DNA from: an uncultured Candidatus Saccharibacteria bacterium
Lineage (GTDB): Bacteria > Patescibacteriota > Minisyncoccia > Phycocordibacterales > SIBU01
Length of the DNA: 64,000 nt
Assembly: GCA_964355335.1 (NCBI GenBank)
Contig: CAYHDB010000002.1
Span: forward strand, 3,192-67,191
Reading direction: 5' to 3'
In this document: one piece after another, positions 28,675 to 38,335 of the stretch
How positions within the stretch are numbered: the stretch's first letter is position 1
Layout: each line of letters starts with the position of its first letter
Notes under the pieces: generated by a model
What the model was told of the DNA's origin: nothing
Databases searched by the model: none
The model's input: the letters and a program-made list of their open reading frames with translations, nothing else
Position numbers and translations under genes: made by a program

Positions 28675-28707
28675 ACAAAAAACCGAGCGAAGAGCTCGGT
28701 TTTTTGT
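28675..28707 (+). terminator. Rho-independent terminator after the M23 gene, preceded by a GC-rich hairpin at 28617-28655
   Basis: aaaaaaccgagcgaagagctcggtttttt. The upstream hairpin is cccgcccg(taccgaactgtcagcacgt)tcgggcggg. Confidence 0.7.
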
Positions 28708-28795
28708 TTAACCTTGACTCATTACTAGATTTCACTATAGTTCAAACAGAAATTGGTTTTTAAACAGTCTGTGCTTGAAAGGGGTTGAAAATATT

Positions 28796-29275
28796 GTGAA
28801 TACTAAACGTGTGTGTGGTGAATGCACAATGTGTTGTAAGACGCACGGTGTAATTGAGCTTCAGAAGCCAGCAGGTCAATGGTGTGGTAATTGTAAAATC
28901 GGTAAAGGCTGTAACATCTATGAAGAGCGTCCAGGGTCTTGTCATGATTTTGTATGCGCATGGTTGATGGGATTTGGACTTTCTGAACATTCCCCAAACA
29001 TAACCAAAATTGTCGTAGACTTGAGGGAAATGACCGGTCTAGGTCTAATGTTCTGGTTCTGGGAGGCGAGCGAGGGTACACTGGGCACTCCATTTGTGAG
29101 ACAACAAACACGCCTCAATCTTCAATGCGGCAAAGCTGTCATGCACATCCCAGCTCTTGGCCGTCCCAGACTCTATCTGCCAACAGGAAAGAGCAGTGAA
29201 GATTTTGCTTTCAAGTTTGGCGAGATCGACGAGAAAGATGTAGAGGTAATATCGTTTTCGGAAGAGATGTTTTAA
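28796..29275 (+). CDS. YkgJ-family (CxxCxxCC) putative zinc/iron-chelating protein
   Basis: ..CGECTMCCKTHG..WCGNCKIGKGCNIY.. Cys pattern of UPF0153/YkgJ. GTG start preceded by aaagggg. A TTG start at 28775 is the alternative. Confidence 0.55.
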   Translation: MNTKRVCGECTMCCKTHGVIELQKPAGQWCGNCKIGKGCNIYEERPGSCHDFVCAWLMGFGLSEHSPNITKIVVDLREMTGLGLMFWFWEASEGTLGTPFVRQQTRLNLQCGKAVMHIPALGRPRLYLPTGKSSEDFAFKFGEIDEKDVEVISFSEEMF

Positions 29276-29338
29276 ATCCGCTTAGTAGCTAAATGCGAAC
29301 AGCGGTTTTTTTGTTGGAAAGAAAATGGCCGTGAGTAT

Positions 29339-30892
29339 TTATTGTTCCTGTAAAGTTTTCGGTCTGTACTGAATCGCTTCCGCGATATGGTGTTCGTTTA
29401 TATCTTCCATCCCGTATAAGTCAGCAATGGTCCGCGCGAGTTTGATGACCCTGTGATATGCCCGACCTGATAACCCCAGATGCTCGGCCGAAGCGTTCAA
29501 GACTTTGGTGACCTTGTCATCAAGTTTTACAAGTTTTTCAATGTCGCGGGCATTCATATGACTGTTGCAATCAATATTTCTTTTGGCCTTTTTGAAACGG
29601 TTTATTTGCACATCTCTTGCCCTGATCACCCTCTCTCTAATTTTGTCCGTAGTCTCTGCGCTTCCGGCATCGGAAAGTTTCTTATGCGATATTCTGGGTA
29701 CCTCAATCCAAATATCAATACGGTCGATAATCGGACCGGATATTTTATCTCGATAACGTTTCAATGCTATCGGTGCGCAGATGCATTCCTTTTCTTTCGA
29801 GCCTAGGTTTCCGCACGGACAAGGATTCATTGCAGCTATAAGTGTAAATCCAGCAGGAAACTCTGCTGTACCTTTTGCTCGTGATACAGAGACAGTCCTT
29901 TCTTCCAGGGGTTGCCTAAGTGCGTCAATGGCTCGACGGTCAAACTCTGCAAATTCATCCAGGAAAAGTACACCGTGATGGGCCAATGTTACTTCTCCGG
30001 GTTTTGGTGTGGCACCTCCCCCGACAAGTGAAACATATGATGCTGTGTGGTGAGGAGATCGTATTGGCGGTTCCGATACCATCGCTCCTTTTAGAATACC
30101 CGCCACAGAATGGATGGCAGTAATATCAAGTATTTTTTCAAAAGTTAATGGAGGGAGTATGTGGCAGAATGCTCGGGCTAGCATTGTCTTCCCTGTGCCC
30201 GGCGGTCCAAACATCGCGATGTTGTGACCTCCTGCGGCGGCAATTTCTAGGCCACGCTTAGCTGTTTCTTGTCCCTTGATGTCGGAAAAATCAACATCAT
30301 ATTCCCCCATTAATTTTTCAATGGGTGTTTTTTCTGTAATCGATAACCTAGATTCGATAAGTTCCGAGTTATTTAATGATTCAAGGTGGTCAATTGTTTG
30401 TTTCAAACTTTTCACCCCGTATACCTCTATGCCGTCGATAAGTGACGCCTCCGGCGCGTTTTCTTCCGGCACATAGATTTGGGTGAAGCCTTTATCCTTT
30501 GCGATTCTTGCAAGTGGTAATACCCCGTTTATCTTGCGAAGTTTGCCATCAAGCGAAAGTTCACCAAGAAAAATTTTGTGCTCTGCATCAAAGTCTGTTT
30601 CTTCCGAGGCTTTCAGATACGCAAGAGCGATGGCCAAATCGAAAATCGGACCTTCTTTTTTTACATCAGCCGGAGCAAGTGAAATGGTTATCTTTTGGTT
30701 TTTCTGTTTTGGCGATTTGAAACCGGAGTTTTTTATTGCCGCCGCTACCCTGTCGCGGGATTCCTCTACCCCCTTGTCTGGTAGACCTACTATCGAAAAA
30801 GCATGAAGACCTTTTGAGAGGTCCACTTCAACTGTGATAGGTTGTGCCGAAAGAAGAGTTGTTTGAGCGCTATAGACTTTGGCGAAGCTCAT
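29339..30892 (-). CDS. comM: YifB/ComM-family Mg-chelatase-like AAA+ ATPase
   Basis: Lon-like N-domain. Walker A GPPGTGKT. Sensor motifs. 517 aa, typical of ComM. Confidence 0.85.
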   Translation of the reverse strand: MSFAKVYSAQTTLLSAQPITVEVDLSKGLHAFSIVGLPDKGVEESRDRVAAAIKNSGFKSPKQKNQKITISLAPADVKKEGPIFDLAIALAYLKASEETDFDAEHKIFLGELSLDGKLRKINGVLPLARIAKDKGFTQIYVPEENAPEASLIDGIEVYGVKSLKQTIDHLESLNNSELIESRLSITEKTPIEKLMGEYDVDFSDIKGQETAKRGLEIAAAGGHNIAMFGPPGTGKTMLARAFCHILPPLTFEKILDITAIHSVAGILKGAMVSEPPIRSPHHTASYVSLVGGGATPKPGEVTLAHHGVLFLDEFAEFDRRAIDALRQPLEERTVSVSRAKGTAEFPAGFTLIAAMNPCPCGNLGSKEKECICAPIALKRYRDKISGPIIDRIDIWIEVPRISHKKLSDAGSAETTDKIRERVIRARDVQINRFKKAKRNIDCNSHMNARDIEKLVKLDDKVTKVLNASAEHLGLSGRAYHRVIKLARTIADLYGMEDINEHHIAEAIQYRPKTLQEQ

Positions 30893-31033
30893 GACTAAAT
30901 AACTAATAACTTATAACTGAATGACTGAATAACAAAGAAAATAACAGAAAGACTGACGCAATAACCGTGATTGACTAAATTTGTCGTTTCCTGTGTCATT
31001 CAGTAATGAGTAATTCAGTTATTAGTTATTCTG
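30890..31033. repeat. ACTGAAT-heptad palindromic element, copy 2
   Basis: aactaataacttataactgaatgactgaataacaaag | core aaataacagaaagactgacgcaataaccgtgattgactaaatttgtcgtttcctgt | gtcattcagtaatgagtaattcagttattagttattctgttag. Confidence 0.75.
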
Positions 31034-31396
31034 TTAGTCCATGTGCTTAATACACGTAGTCGCCGCAGGGTTCGCTTCGAGTCGTTCATCTTCGATGCGC
31101 TCGCCTCCGGTCTCGCAGATGCCGTATGTCCCCTTCTCGACTCTCTCCAGAGCTTTTTTTATTTCATTAAATCTGATTTCCAGTTGCTTAAGGATGCCTG
31201 TATTTTCTTCGTAGGATTCAATACTGTCCGCCACTTCGTTTGAATCCGAGGCCATTGTATCCATTTTATCGGGCTTCGCCTCCCAGTCTGCCGGGTTTGA
31301 AGGGTTTCTCTGGCCGATGCCTTTCAATTCTTTTTCCACCGTTATTAGTTCCGCTCGGAGTTTTTCTTCAAATTTCTTTGTGTTTATTGTGGTCAT
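31034..31396 (-). CDS. DksA/TraR-family C4 zinc-finger protein
   Basis: Coiled-coil N-terminus and C-terminal CxxG..(17)..CxxH finger (..YGICETGGERIEDERLEANPAATTCIKH..). Confidence 0.65.
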   Translation of the reverse strand: MTTINTKKFEEKLRAELITVEKELKGIGQRNPSNPADWEAKPDKMDTMASDSNEVADSIESYEENTGILKQLEIRFNEIKKALERVEKGTYGICETGGERIEDERLEANPAATTCIKHMD

Positions 31397-31404
31397 GGAT
31401 TTAT

Positions 31405-31530
31405 TCTATCAATAAATATACGAAAATACGAATGGGTACGGATATACGAACATATACGAAAACCCTACTGCCCCATTTCTTTTTTCGTATTATTTCGTAT
31501 ATTCGTGGAGCAATTTTCGTATTATTGAAC
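31405..31530. repeat. TACGAA-heptad palindromic element, copy 9
   Basis: aaatatacgaaaatacgaatgggtacggatatacgaacatatacgaaaa | ccctactgccccatttc | ttttttcgtattatttcgtatattcgtggagcaattttcgtattattg. Confidence 0.85.
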
Positions 31531-32436
31531 TAGTCTTTCTGCGAAAAGCCTGTCGGTAATTTTTTGTAAAGTGTCCGCATTTGTTGTGATGACAATCGTA
31601 TTTTTGTCCGGGAAGGAATATAGAAACACAATTTGCCCCTCAGAGTTTTTCAGTGCTCGCGTGTCTCGATTCTTGACCAGTATGTCTACAAAGGAGTTAT
31701 TTCTGTCCAATATCTGGTCGGTGGTTGAGGCGTATTCCGTTGGCGATGGAGGTATAAAGATTGCTCCCAAATCATCCTCCAAAGTGCTCTCCCACGCAAG
31801 CATTCCAGCAAAAGCATTTTGATAATAACCGGTTTTTAATATGAGAAATGGTTCATTTACATTTTGCGCATGAATGCCGAAAAGGAAACTGTCCGACAGC
31901 GAGCGTACAAGTTCGTTTGGAGCACTCGCGTTTATCCTATCAAGAAATACTTTTGTAGTTATTGGTTTTGCTGTTTCCCCTGCTCCGTCTACCAATCTTA
32001 GCGAAAGTATGGATGACAGTGTTACATTTTCTTCACTTACAGATTTTTTAAGGATTGAAACCATTTGATCTCTCCCAAAGCCGGCAACATTTAAATTCTT
32101 TTCCTTATCAGTGGCGATAATTTGCGGTTCAGGCTCTATCAACGGTACTGGTTTTTGTTCTGCGGTACGGAAGAAATATAAGAAACCGAGTGCAATCAGG
32201 CCAACAGTGATTAGCCCAACACTTAATTCGACAATAAAACGTGTTCGTTCCGGCTTTTCCGGCTCATCGAGCGTGAAACCGTTCTTAATACGTCTATCGT
32301 TTTCAGCGATAGCAATTTTGGAGAGTGATCCCCCACCTTCTTTTATCGCATCTTCCACGTCGCTTTGAAATGTGCGAATGTTGTGAACGGACGAGGGACT
32401 TTGAGAAGGTGTTTGAGGATTTTCTTCGGGAGGCAT
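31522..32436 (-). CDS. Hypothetical single-pass membrane protein
   Basis: 304 aa. One TM helix (FIVELSVGLITVGLIALGFLYFF). No recognisable motif. Confidence 0.45.
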   Translation of the reverse strand: MPPEENPQTPSQSPSSVHNIRTFQSDVEDAIKEGGGSLSKIAIAENDRRIKNGFTLDEPEKPERTRFIVELSVGLITVGLIALGFLYFFRTAEQKPVPLIEPEPQIIATDKEKNLNVAGFGRDQMVSILKKSVSEENVTLSSILSLRLVDGAGETAKPITTKVFLDRINASAPNELVRSLSDSFLFGIHAQNVNEPFLILKTGYYQNAFAGMLAWESTLEDDLGAIFIPPSPTEYASTTDQILDRNNSFVDILVKNRDTRALKNSEGQIVFLYSFPDKNTIVITTNADTLQKITDRLFAERLVQ

Positions 32437-32439
32437 CTG

Positions 32440-32706
32440 AATATTGTCGCAGAATTAATGCATAACGGCAAATGAAAACCGTCCCGATATTCATCGGGAC
32501 GGTTTCAAGATCTATTATCCGTGCAAAATACCCCGAAGCTCGATTCGGGGATGAATGCGGGATAATTGGGAAGGGGGTCGGGGAAACGGGAGTTCCCCCG
32601 TAGAGGAGAGCAACGAGTCTGCGAGAGTTGAGAACCGAGAGGTTCTCAAAAAACTCTGCTCGCCTAATACCCCATCAGCTTTGCTGCGGGGGTAGGACGA
32701 GCGAGT
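32440..32706 (-). ncRNA. Candidate structured RNA or leader (GC-rich, multi-hairpin) between pnp and the downstream gene, ending in a terminator-like hairpin
   Basis: About 55-60% GC in a 40% GC genome. Nested hairpins (ccccgaagctcgattcgggg; gagttgagaaccgagaggttctcaaaaaactc). Minus-strand terminator gaaaccgtcccgatgaatatcgggacggttttcattt 25 nt before the next ATG. No family identified. Confidence 0.3.
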
Positions 32707-34845
32707 TTATTTCTGTGGAGCCTGTGGCGGGGCCGGTCGCTTAATGAAGTTCGGATCCGCATCTTTGATTGAGAGTTTGATACGTCCTCTTTCCGCATCA
32801 ATTTCTTTTACAATTACGGGAACTTTGTCACCAATTTTGAGCACGGTTTCAATACGGTCAATTCTAAATGGTGCCACTTCCGAGATGTGTACGAGTCCGT
32901 CGGTGCTTCCACCGATTGAAACGAAGGCACCAAACTCAGCAAGTTTGACCACGGTACCGGTGAAACGCTCTCCCGGCTTGTATTCATGAGTCATGCTTTC
33001 AATGATTTTCTTGGCCGCTTCCGCTGTGCCATTTTTCCCTGTGATGAACACTGTACCATCATCCTCAATGTCGATACCGTCCACACCTGTATTGTCTCGG
33101 ATTTCATTGATTGTCTTTCCTCCCGTTCCGATTATCAATCCTATCTGGTCCGGTTTGATCTTGATGACCAAAATCTTCGGGGCCTTCGGTGAAATGTCAG
33201 CGCGCGGAGCACCTATCTCAGTTTCAATCACTTCAAGGATTTGCAGACGAGCTTGTTTAGCTTTTTCAAATGCTTCTTCCAAAACATGGAGAGGAATGCC
33301 GTCAACTTTCACGTCCATTTGTACTGCAGTGACTCCTTTCTTTGTACCAGCGACTTTGAAGTCCATATCACCATGGTGGTCCTCAGGTCCCTGAATGTCT
33401 GTCAGTACTTTATATTCCTTTGCAGTTTTCATCATCAATCCTGATGCAATACCCGCAACCGGAGAAGTGATGGGAACTCCCGCATCCATAAGAGCCAGTG
33501 ATGAACCGCACACACTGCCCATCGAAGTCGAGCCGTTGGAAGCGAGTGCTTCGGAAACAATTCGGATGGTATAAGGAAAACTTTCTTTCGGAGGCAAGAT
33601 TGGCAACAAGGCTTTTTCAGCCAACGCTCCGTGGCCGATCATTCTGCGATTTGTGGAACCAATACGTCCTGTTTCTCCTGAAGAAAATGGAGGAAAGTTG
33701 TAGTGGTGCATAAAACGCTTTTTTGTTTGCAATTCCATACCATCAATCACCTGCGAATCTCCCGGACCTCCGAGAGTAAGTGCAGAGAGGATGTGTGTCC
33801 CACCGCGGTAGAAGATTCCTGAACCGTGAAGAATTGGTGATATTCCGCCAGCCTTGGCGAAAAGAGGACGAAGCTCGTCCATTTTTCGATTGTCAGCACG
33901 CTTTCCTTTTTCTATCGCCTCAGAATGGAGGATTTCATTCACTTTGTCTTCGAAGACCGAGTCGGCAAGAGACGGCTTCACTTCAGGAAGTTTTTCTTTG
34001 AAAAGAAGCATCCACTCTTCCTTGAGCTTATAGATTGCCTCATGTCCGGGTTTTCCTGACATTACGTGTTCGTGCATTTTCTTCTCAATGTTTCCGGCAA
34101 ACAATTCAGACAACTCTTTCGGGATTTCTGGAGCTGGAATAGCTTTTTTCTCCTTTCCAATTTCCTTTATTATCTTTTCCTGCCAGGTTTGCAGTTTCTC
34201 GATTTCCTCACTTCCCTTTTTGAGAGCATTCATCAAGATTTCTTCAGGGATTTCCTTTCCACCGATTTCTATCATATTTATATTGCCGTCTTTTCCGCAC
34301 GCTAGAACATCCGCGTCGCAGTTTTCCGCGTCTCGAAGTTTATAGATTGGGTTTACAATCATCTCATCCTTGCCTTTCTCGATTCCTACTCGAACCGCGG
34401 AGACGGGTCCCTTCCAAGGGATATTTGATGTTGCGAGTGCGAGTGAAGCTCCGATTACACCCAAGACATCCGGGTCATCCTCTTCAATAGAGAGAACCGT
34501 GATTACTACTTGTACTTCGTGACGGATGTATTGTTCGAAAAGCGGTCGGATCGTACGGTCGACAATTCTTCCCGAAAGGATAGCTTCGTCTGTCGGACGT
34601 CCTTCTCTGCGGACAAAACGGCTACCAAGGATTTTGCCTCCCGCATAAAAGCGCTCTTCGTAGTCGACAGTCAATGGAAACCAATCCCCTCCTTCCTTCG
34701 CGCCTTTTGACATTACTGCCGTCGCGAGGATGACGGTATTGCCATAACGAATCATTACCGAGCCGTTGGCCTGTTCGGCTAGGTCGTTAAACTCGGCTGT
34801 CAACGTCTTCCCGCCCAATTCTATTGAATATTCTTTTTTCTTCAT
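32707..34845 (-). CDS. pnp: Polyribonucleotide nucleotidyltransferase (PNPase)
   Basis: 712 aa. Two RNase PH domains, KH and S1 C-terminal domains (..GERFTGTVVKLAEFGAFVSIGGSTDGLVHISE..). Confidence 0.95.
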   Translation of the reverse strand: MKKKEYSIELGGKTLTAEFNDLAEQANGSVMIRYGNTVILATAVMSKGAKEGGDWFPLTVDYEERFYAGGKILGSRFVRREGRPTDEAILSGRIVDRTIRPLFEQYIRHEVQVVITVLSIEEDDPDVLGVIGASLALATSNIPWKGPVSAVRVGIEKGKDEMIVNPIYKLRDAENCDADVLACGKDGNINMIEIGGKEIPEEILMNALKKGSEEIEKLQTWQEKIIKEIGKEKKAIPAPEIPKELSELFAGNIEKKMHEHVMSGKPGHEAIYKLKEEWMLLFKEKLPEVKPSLADSVFEDKVNEILHSEAIEKGKRADNRKMDELRPLFAKAGGISPILHGSGIFYRGGTHILSALTLGGPGDSQVIDGMELQTKKRFMHHYNFPPFSSGETGRIGSTNRRMIGHGALAEKALLPILPPKESFPYTIRIVSEALASNGSTSMGSVCGSSLALMDAGVPITSPVAGIASGLMMKTAKEYKVLTDIQGPEDHHGDMDFKVAGTKKGVTAVQMDVKVDGIPLHVLEEAFEKAKQARLQILEVIETEIGAPRADISPKAPKILVIKIKPDQIGLIIGTGGKTINEIRDNTGVDGIDIEDDGTVFITGKNGTAEAAKKIIESMTHEYKPGERFTGTVVKLAEFGAFVSIGGSTDGLVHISEVAPFRIDRIETVLKIGDKVPVIVKEIDAERGRIKLSIKDADPNFIKRPAPPQAPQK

Positions 34846-34954
34846 TGTCTAATAGGCCTTCAGATTTTAGGTTTCGAATGTAATTCGAAAACTACCTATC
34901 CAAAGGCCAGTTATAATAATAAGGACACTTTAGCAGAATTATGTTCCTTTGACT

Positions 34955-35012
34955 ATATACAAAACAACCCCGCCCCGACTAAGGTCGGGGCGGGGTTGTT
35001 TTGATTTAACCT
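34955..35012. terminator. Bidirectional rho-independent terminator
   Basis: aaaacaaccccgccccgactaaggtcggggcggggttgttttg. Confidence 0.75.
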
Positions 35013-35588
35013 CTATTCATTCGCCACAGTTCTTTGAACGGGACGTTCTCTCCTCGGTCCCACAGATCCCATAAGGTATTTGCGAGGATTTTGGTCTAGG
35101 TCGATAAACTCATCTGCGGCTTCCTTGAGTTTCCCGGATGCTGATTTCCCGAAGGTGACCACTTCTACCTGACATCCTTCGTGTACCTGAAGATATTCTA
35201 CGAGCGGTACGAAGTCCCCGTCTCCCGATACTAGGATGACAGCGTCCAATTTTGGTGCGAGTTTGATTGCATCTACCGCAAGTCCTACATCCCAATCTGC
35301 TTTCTTGGCTCCACCGGCAAAAATCTGCAAATCTTTGGTCTTCGCCTCAATACCCACTTTTTGGAGTGCCTCAAAAAAGTTTTTTTCGTCCCCTGATTCG
35401 GTAGTGATGACGTAGGCAACCGCGCGAATAAGCGCACGTCCCGCTAAGGCATCCTTTACTACTTGTCCGAAGTTCACTCGCGCGTTATATAGATTACGCG
35501 CTGTGTGATAGAGGTTTTGTGTGTCGATAAAAATCCCGACACGCTGTTCTTTATGTTTTATAACACCCATAAAAATAGTTTCCACCAC
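35013..35588 (-). CDS. NYN/LabA-like domain protein (PIN-like)
   Basis: ..VGIFIDTQNLYH.. and ..VILVSGDGDFVPLVEYL.., the LabA/NYN pattern. Confidence 0.6.
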   Translation of the reverse strand: MVETIFMGVIKHKEQRVGIFIDTQNLYHTARNLYNARVNFGQVVKDALAGRALIRAVAYVITTESGDEKNFFEALQKVGIEAKTKDLQIFAGGAKKADWDVGLAVDAIKLAPKLDAVILVSGDGDFVPLVEYLQVHEGCQVEVVTFGKSASGKLKEAADEFIDLDQNPRKYLMGSVGPRRERPVQRTVANE

Positions 35589-35659
35589 CTTTTAAGTGGT
35601 TTCAAAATTAACTTATTAAAATCTAAATAAAGTATATCACGCGAGTGCGTGGTATACGG

Positions 35660-35929
35660 TTATGCTTTCTTGATTTCGAGCTTTCTCAAAACAGAGTTGT
35701 AACGCTTGGTGTCCTTCTTTTCTAGGTATTTCATATGGGTTTGTCGGTCGGCAACCATAGAAAGAAGACCTCGGCGTGAGTGCTTGTCTTTGTCGTTTTT
35801 CTTCAAATGAGAAGCTAAAGCCTCGATTTTTTTGGTAAGTAGGGCAATTTGCACTTCTGAAGAACCGGTATCCTTGTCGTGAACGGCAACTTCTTTGATA
35901 ACACGTAATTTTTTGGTCTTTGTTAACAT
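35660..35929 (-). CDS. rpsO: 30S ribosomal protein S15
   Basis: MLTKTKKLRVIKEVAVHDKDTGSSEVQIALLTKKIEALASHLKKNDKDKHSRRGLLSMV..; S15 signature DTGS.EVQ.A.LT..I..L..H.....D.HSRRGLL. Canonical rpsO-pnp neighbourhood. Confidence 0.85.
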   Translation of the reverse strand: MLTKTKKLRVIKEVAVHDKDTGSSEVQIALLTKKIEALASHLKKNDKDKHSRRGLLSMVADRQTHMKYLEKKDTKRYNSVLRKLEIKKA

Positions 35930-36031
35930 GGCGGAAATGATAGCACGAAAGCTTATGAAATGCAAGCACTAAAATAATGCAAAATTACAGCCATATTTAG
36001 GCCAAAATGGTGATATAATATTGTGCGACAT

Positions 36032-36976
36032 ATGACCTCTGAATTAGAAAAGCTAAAAAGGCAGTTTCTCGAATATATCGAGATAGAAAAGGGCCGTTCA
36101 GTGAAAACTGTTGAAAATTATGACCATTATCTATCTCGGTTTTTCGGTTTTTTGAAAAGCGGTGATCTGAAAGACATCACCGAAGACTCTGTTCGGGAAT
36201 TCCGGTTGTTTTTGAACCGGCAGATGACTGGCCACGGCAAAAAAAGGCCGGAAGACATTTTGCCACTCAAGAAAAAAACTCAAAATTATTATCTAATTGC
36301 CCTTCGGGTGTTTTTGAAATTCTTGACAAGGCGTGGCATTTCCGCGATTTCGGCCGAATGCATTGAGTTGGCTAAGGTCGGAGAGAGGCCTCTTGATTTG
36401 ATCTCCGATGAGGAACTCAGACGACTTTTGGACGCACCGGACGTGGCGACTCTTCAGGGGCTTCGCGATCGCTCCATTCTCGAAACACTTTTTTCCACCG
36501 GTCTGCGCGTGTCCGAATTGTGTTCTCTGCCGCGCGAAATAGACCTTTCCAAAGACGAATTTTCGGTGCGCGGCAAAGGCGAGAAAGTCCGGGTGGTCTT
36601 TTTTTCTCCCGAGGCCAAAAGTGCCATTCGCGCCTATCTTGCCAAGCGAAAGGATTTCGATGACGCTCTTTTTGTTCAAGTACCCGGCGATTTCCGCAAG
36701 AAGGGGGGCGTAGAGCCGGACTCATTGCGCCTTACTGTCCGTTCGGTGGAACGGGCGGTGCGTCGCGCCGCCATCATGGCTGGAATTTCAAAAAAAGTCA
36801 CTCCCCATGTCATTCGCCATTGTTTCGCCACCGACTTGCTTAGTAATGGTGCCGATTTACGTAGCGTTCAGGCTCTTTTGGGTCACGCAAACATTGGTAC
36901 GACCCAGATATATACGCACGTGACTGACAAGCACCTGCGTGAGATACACAAAAATTTTCACAACAAGCATAAATAA
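36032..36976 (+). CDS. xerC: Tyrosine recombinase XerC/XerD
   Basis: N-terminal SAM-like domain. C-terminal R..HxxR..Y catalytic residues (..VTPHVIRHCFATDLL.., ..LLGHANIGTTQIYTHV..). Bidirectional terminator aaaagtcccgcatatgcgggactttttatt follows. Confidence 0.85.
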   Translation: MTSELEKLKRQFLEYIEIEKGRSVKTVENYDHYLSRFFGFLKSGDLKDITEDSVREFRLFLNRQMTGHGKKRPEDILPLKKKTQNYYLIALRVFLKFLTRRGISAISAECIELAKVGERPLDLISDEELRRLLDAPDVATLQGLRDRSILETLFSTGLRVSELCSLPREIDLSKDEFSVRGKGEKVRVVFFSPEAKSAIRAYLAKRKDFDDALFVQVPGDFRKKGGVEPDSLRLTVRSVERAVRRAAIMAGISKKVTPHVIRHCFATDLLSNGADLRSVQALLGHANIGTTQIYTHVTDKHLREIHKNFHNKHK

Positions 36977-37004
36977 AAAGTCCCGCATATGCGGGACTTT
37001 TTAT

Positions 37005-37373
37005 TTACTTAGCGAGAGTTAGAGAATAGTCTTCCCCACCACTCTTAAGTTCGTATTGGAATACACTAGGGTCAAGCGGTCGGCTCCTGATATAACCTTC
37101 AGACTCTAGAGTATCGATAAGAGCTTCACCTCCGGAAACATCCGGATAACTGTCATGGTCCATATAATAGATTTCCATAACGGTGGCGAGCTGATGCACG
37201 TTGGCTCCATTCACCGAGGCCTTGGCCTGATCGATAATATCATCAGTTTTAAGCATTACGCCATTCACGAGAAGCACTGAACCGAGAACAGAGGCAATAA
37301 TGGTTGAAAGTAATTGTGTCATATAGTTTTGAGTTGGATTTAGTCGTCTAACTCGACCAGTATATATTAGCAC
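37005..37373 (-). CDS. Small secreted/membrane-anchored hypothetical protein (possibly pseudopilin-like)
   Basis: Hydrophobic N-terminal helix LLSTIIASVLGSVLLVNGV, ~100 aa soluble domain. Confidence 0.35.
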   Translation of the reverse strand: MLIYTGRVRRLNPTQNYMTQLLSTIIASVLGSVLLVNGVMLKTDDIIDQAKASVNGANVHQLATVMEIYYMDHDSYPDVSGGEALIDTLESEGYIRSRPLDPSVFQYELKSGGEDYSLTLAK

Positions 37374-37430
37374 ATTTGTACCTGTCTGTCAATGATTAGA
37401 AAACCTTTAGTTTCTGGTAATATTTTAGGT

Positions 37431-38255
37431 ATGAAAATCATCTCTTGGAACGTTAATGGTATTAGGGCGGTGGCAAAAAAGAGCTTATTTATGCCGTTTA
37501 TTGAGAAATACCAGCCGGATATTTTGTGCTTACAGGAGACAAAGGCTCAAGAGCTCGAATCTCCCATTGATTTACCGGATTATGAGGAGTATTGGAACTC
37601 GGCTGTTAAGAAAGGTTATTCCGGTACGGCGATTTTTACTAAAACGAAACCTCTATCGGTGGTGAACGGTTTACCTGAAAAAATTATCAAAAAATTCGGC
37701 CCGCTTGCTGACAAGTACGGTGACCCCGCGACTGAAGGACGTGTAATTACTGCGGAGTACAAGGATTTTTATATTGTCACTGTTTACACTCCGAACGCTA
37801 AAGATGATTTGAGCCGTATTTCCCTTCGTCACAAGCATTGGGACCCAGCGTTTCTCGCGTATTGCAAAGAGCTTGAAAGAAATGGTTCGACCGGCTCACC
37901 ACAAGGCAAGCCGGTGATTTTCTGCGGAGATTTAAACGTTGCTCACACACCAGATGATCTTGCTCGTCCGAAAGAAAATGTCGGTTTGAAAGGATTCACC
38001 ACGGAAGAACGCGCGGGTTTCCAAGCTTTCATCGACGCGGGTTTCATCGACACTTTCCGTCTTTTTCACAAAGGCAACGGTCACTATAGCTGGTGGTCCC
38101 ATTTTGCGAACGCTCGCGAGAGAAATGTGGGGTGGCGTATAGACTATATTCTTGTTTCTGAGTCCCTAAAAAACAAAGTAAAAAAGGCCGATATTCTGCC
38201 TGAAGTTTTCGGCTCTGACCATTGTCCGGTTTCATTAAACTTCGACTTAAAGTAG
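37431..38255 (+). CDS. xth: Exodeoxyribonuclease III (AP endonuclease)
   Basis: MKIISWNVNGIRA..; ..LCLQETK..; ..GDLNVAH..; ..SDHCPV... Canonical EEP/Xth motifs. Confidence 0.9.
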   Translation: MKIISWNVNGIRAVAKKSLFMPFIEKYQPDILCLQETKAQELESPIDLPDYEEYWNSAVKKGYSGTAIFTKTKPLSVVNGLPEKIIKKFGPLADKYGDPATEGRVITAEYKDFYIVTVYTPNAKDDLSRISLRHKHWDPAFLAYCKELERNGSTGSPQGKPVIFCGDLNVAHTPDDLARPKENVGLKGFTTEERAGFQAFIDAGFIDTFRLFHKGNGHYSWWSHFANARERNVGWRIDYILVSESLKNKVKKADILPEVFGSDHCPVSLNFDLK

Positions 38256-38335
38256 GAGGATTGGTTTGAACACTTCGACCTTTTGCGTGAAAGGCGAACA
38301 CTCTATCTGACTATGATACCCTTTATGCTCTCTCA

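Noticed and set aside
32440-32706. tmRNA / SRP RNA / RNase P RNA identity for the GC-rich region after pnp
   Set aside because: No tRNA-like 3' end with a GGTTCGAnTCC T-loop. No SRP domain-IV motif (AGGUCAGGUCCGGAAGGAAGCAGCC). Too short and lacking the GGAAAGUCCGGGCUCC P4 motif for RNase P. Left as an unassigned structured RNA.
35637-35969. ORF 35637..35969 (110 aa) overlapping rpsO in another frame
   Set aside because: The in-phase alternative (35660..35929) gives a canonical S15 sequence.
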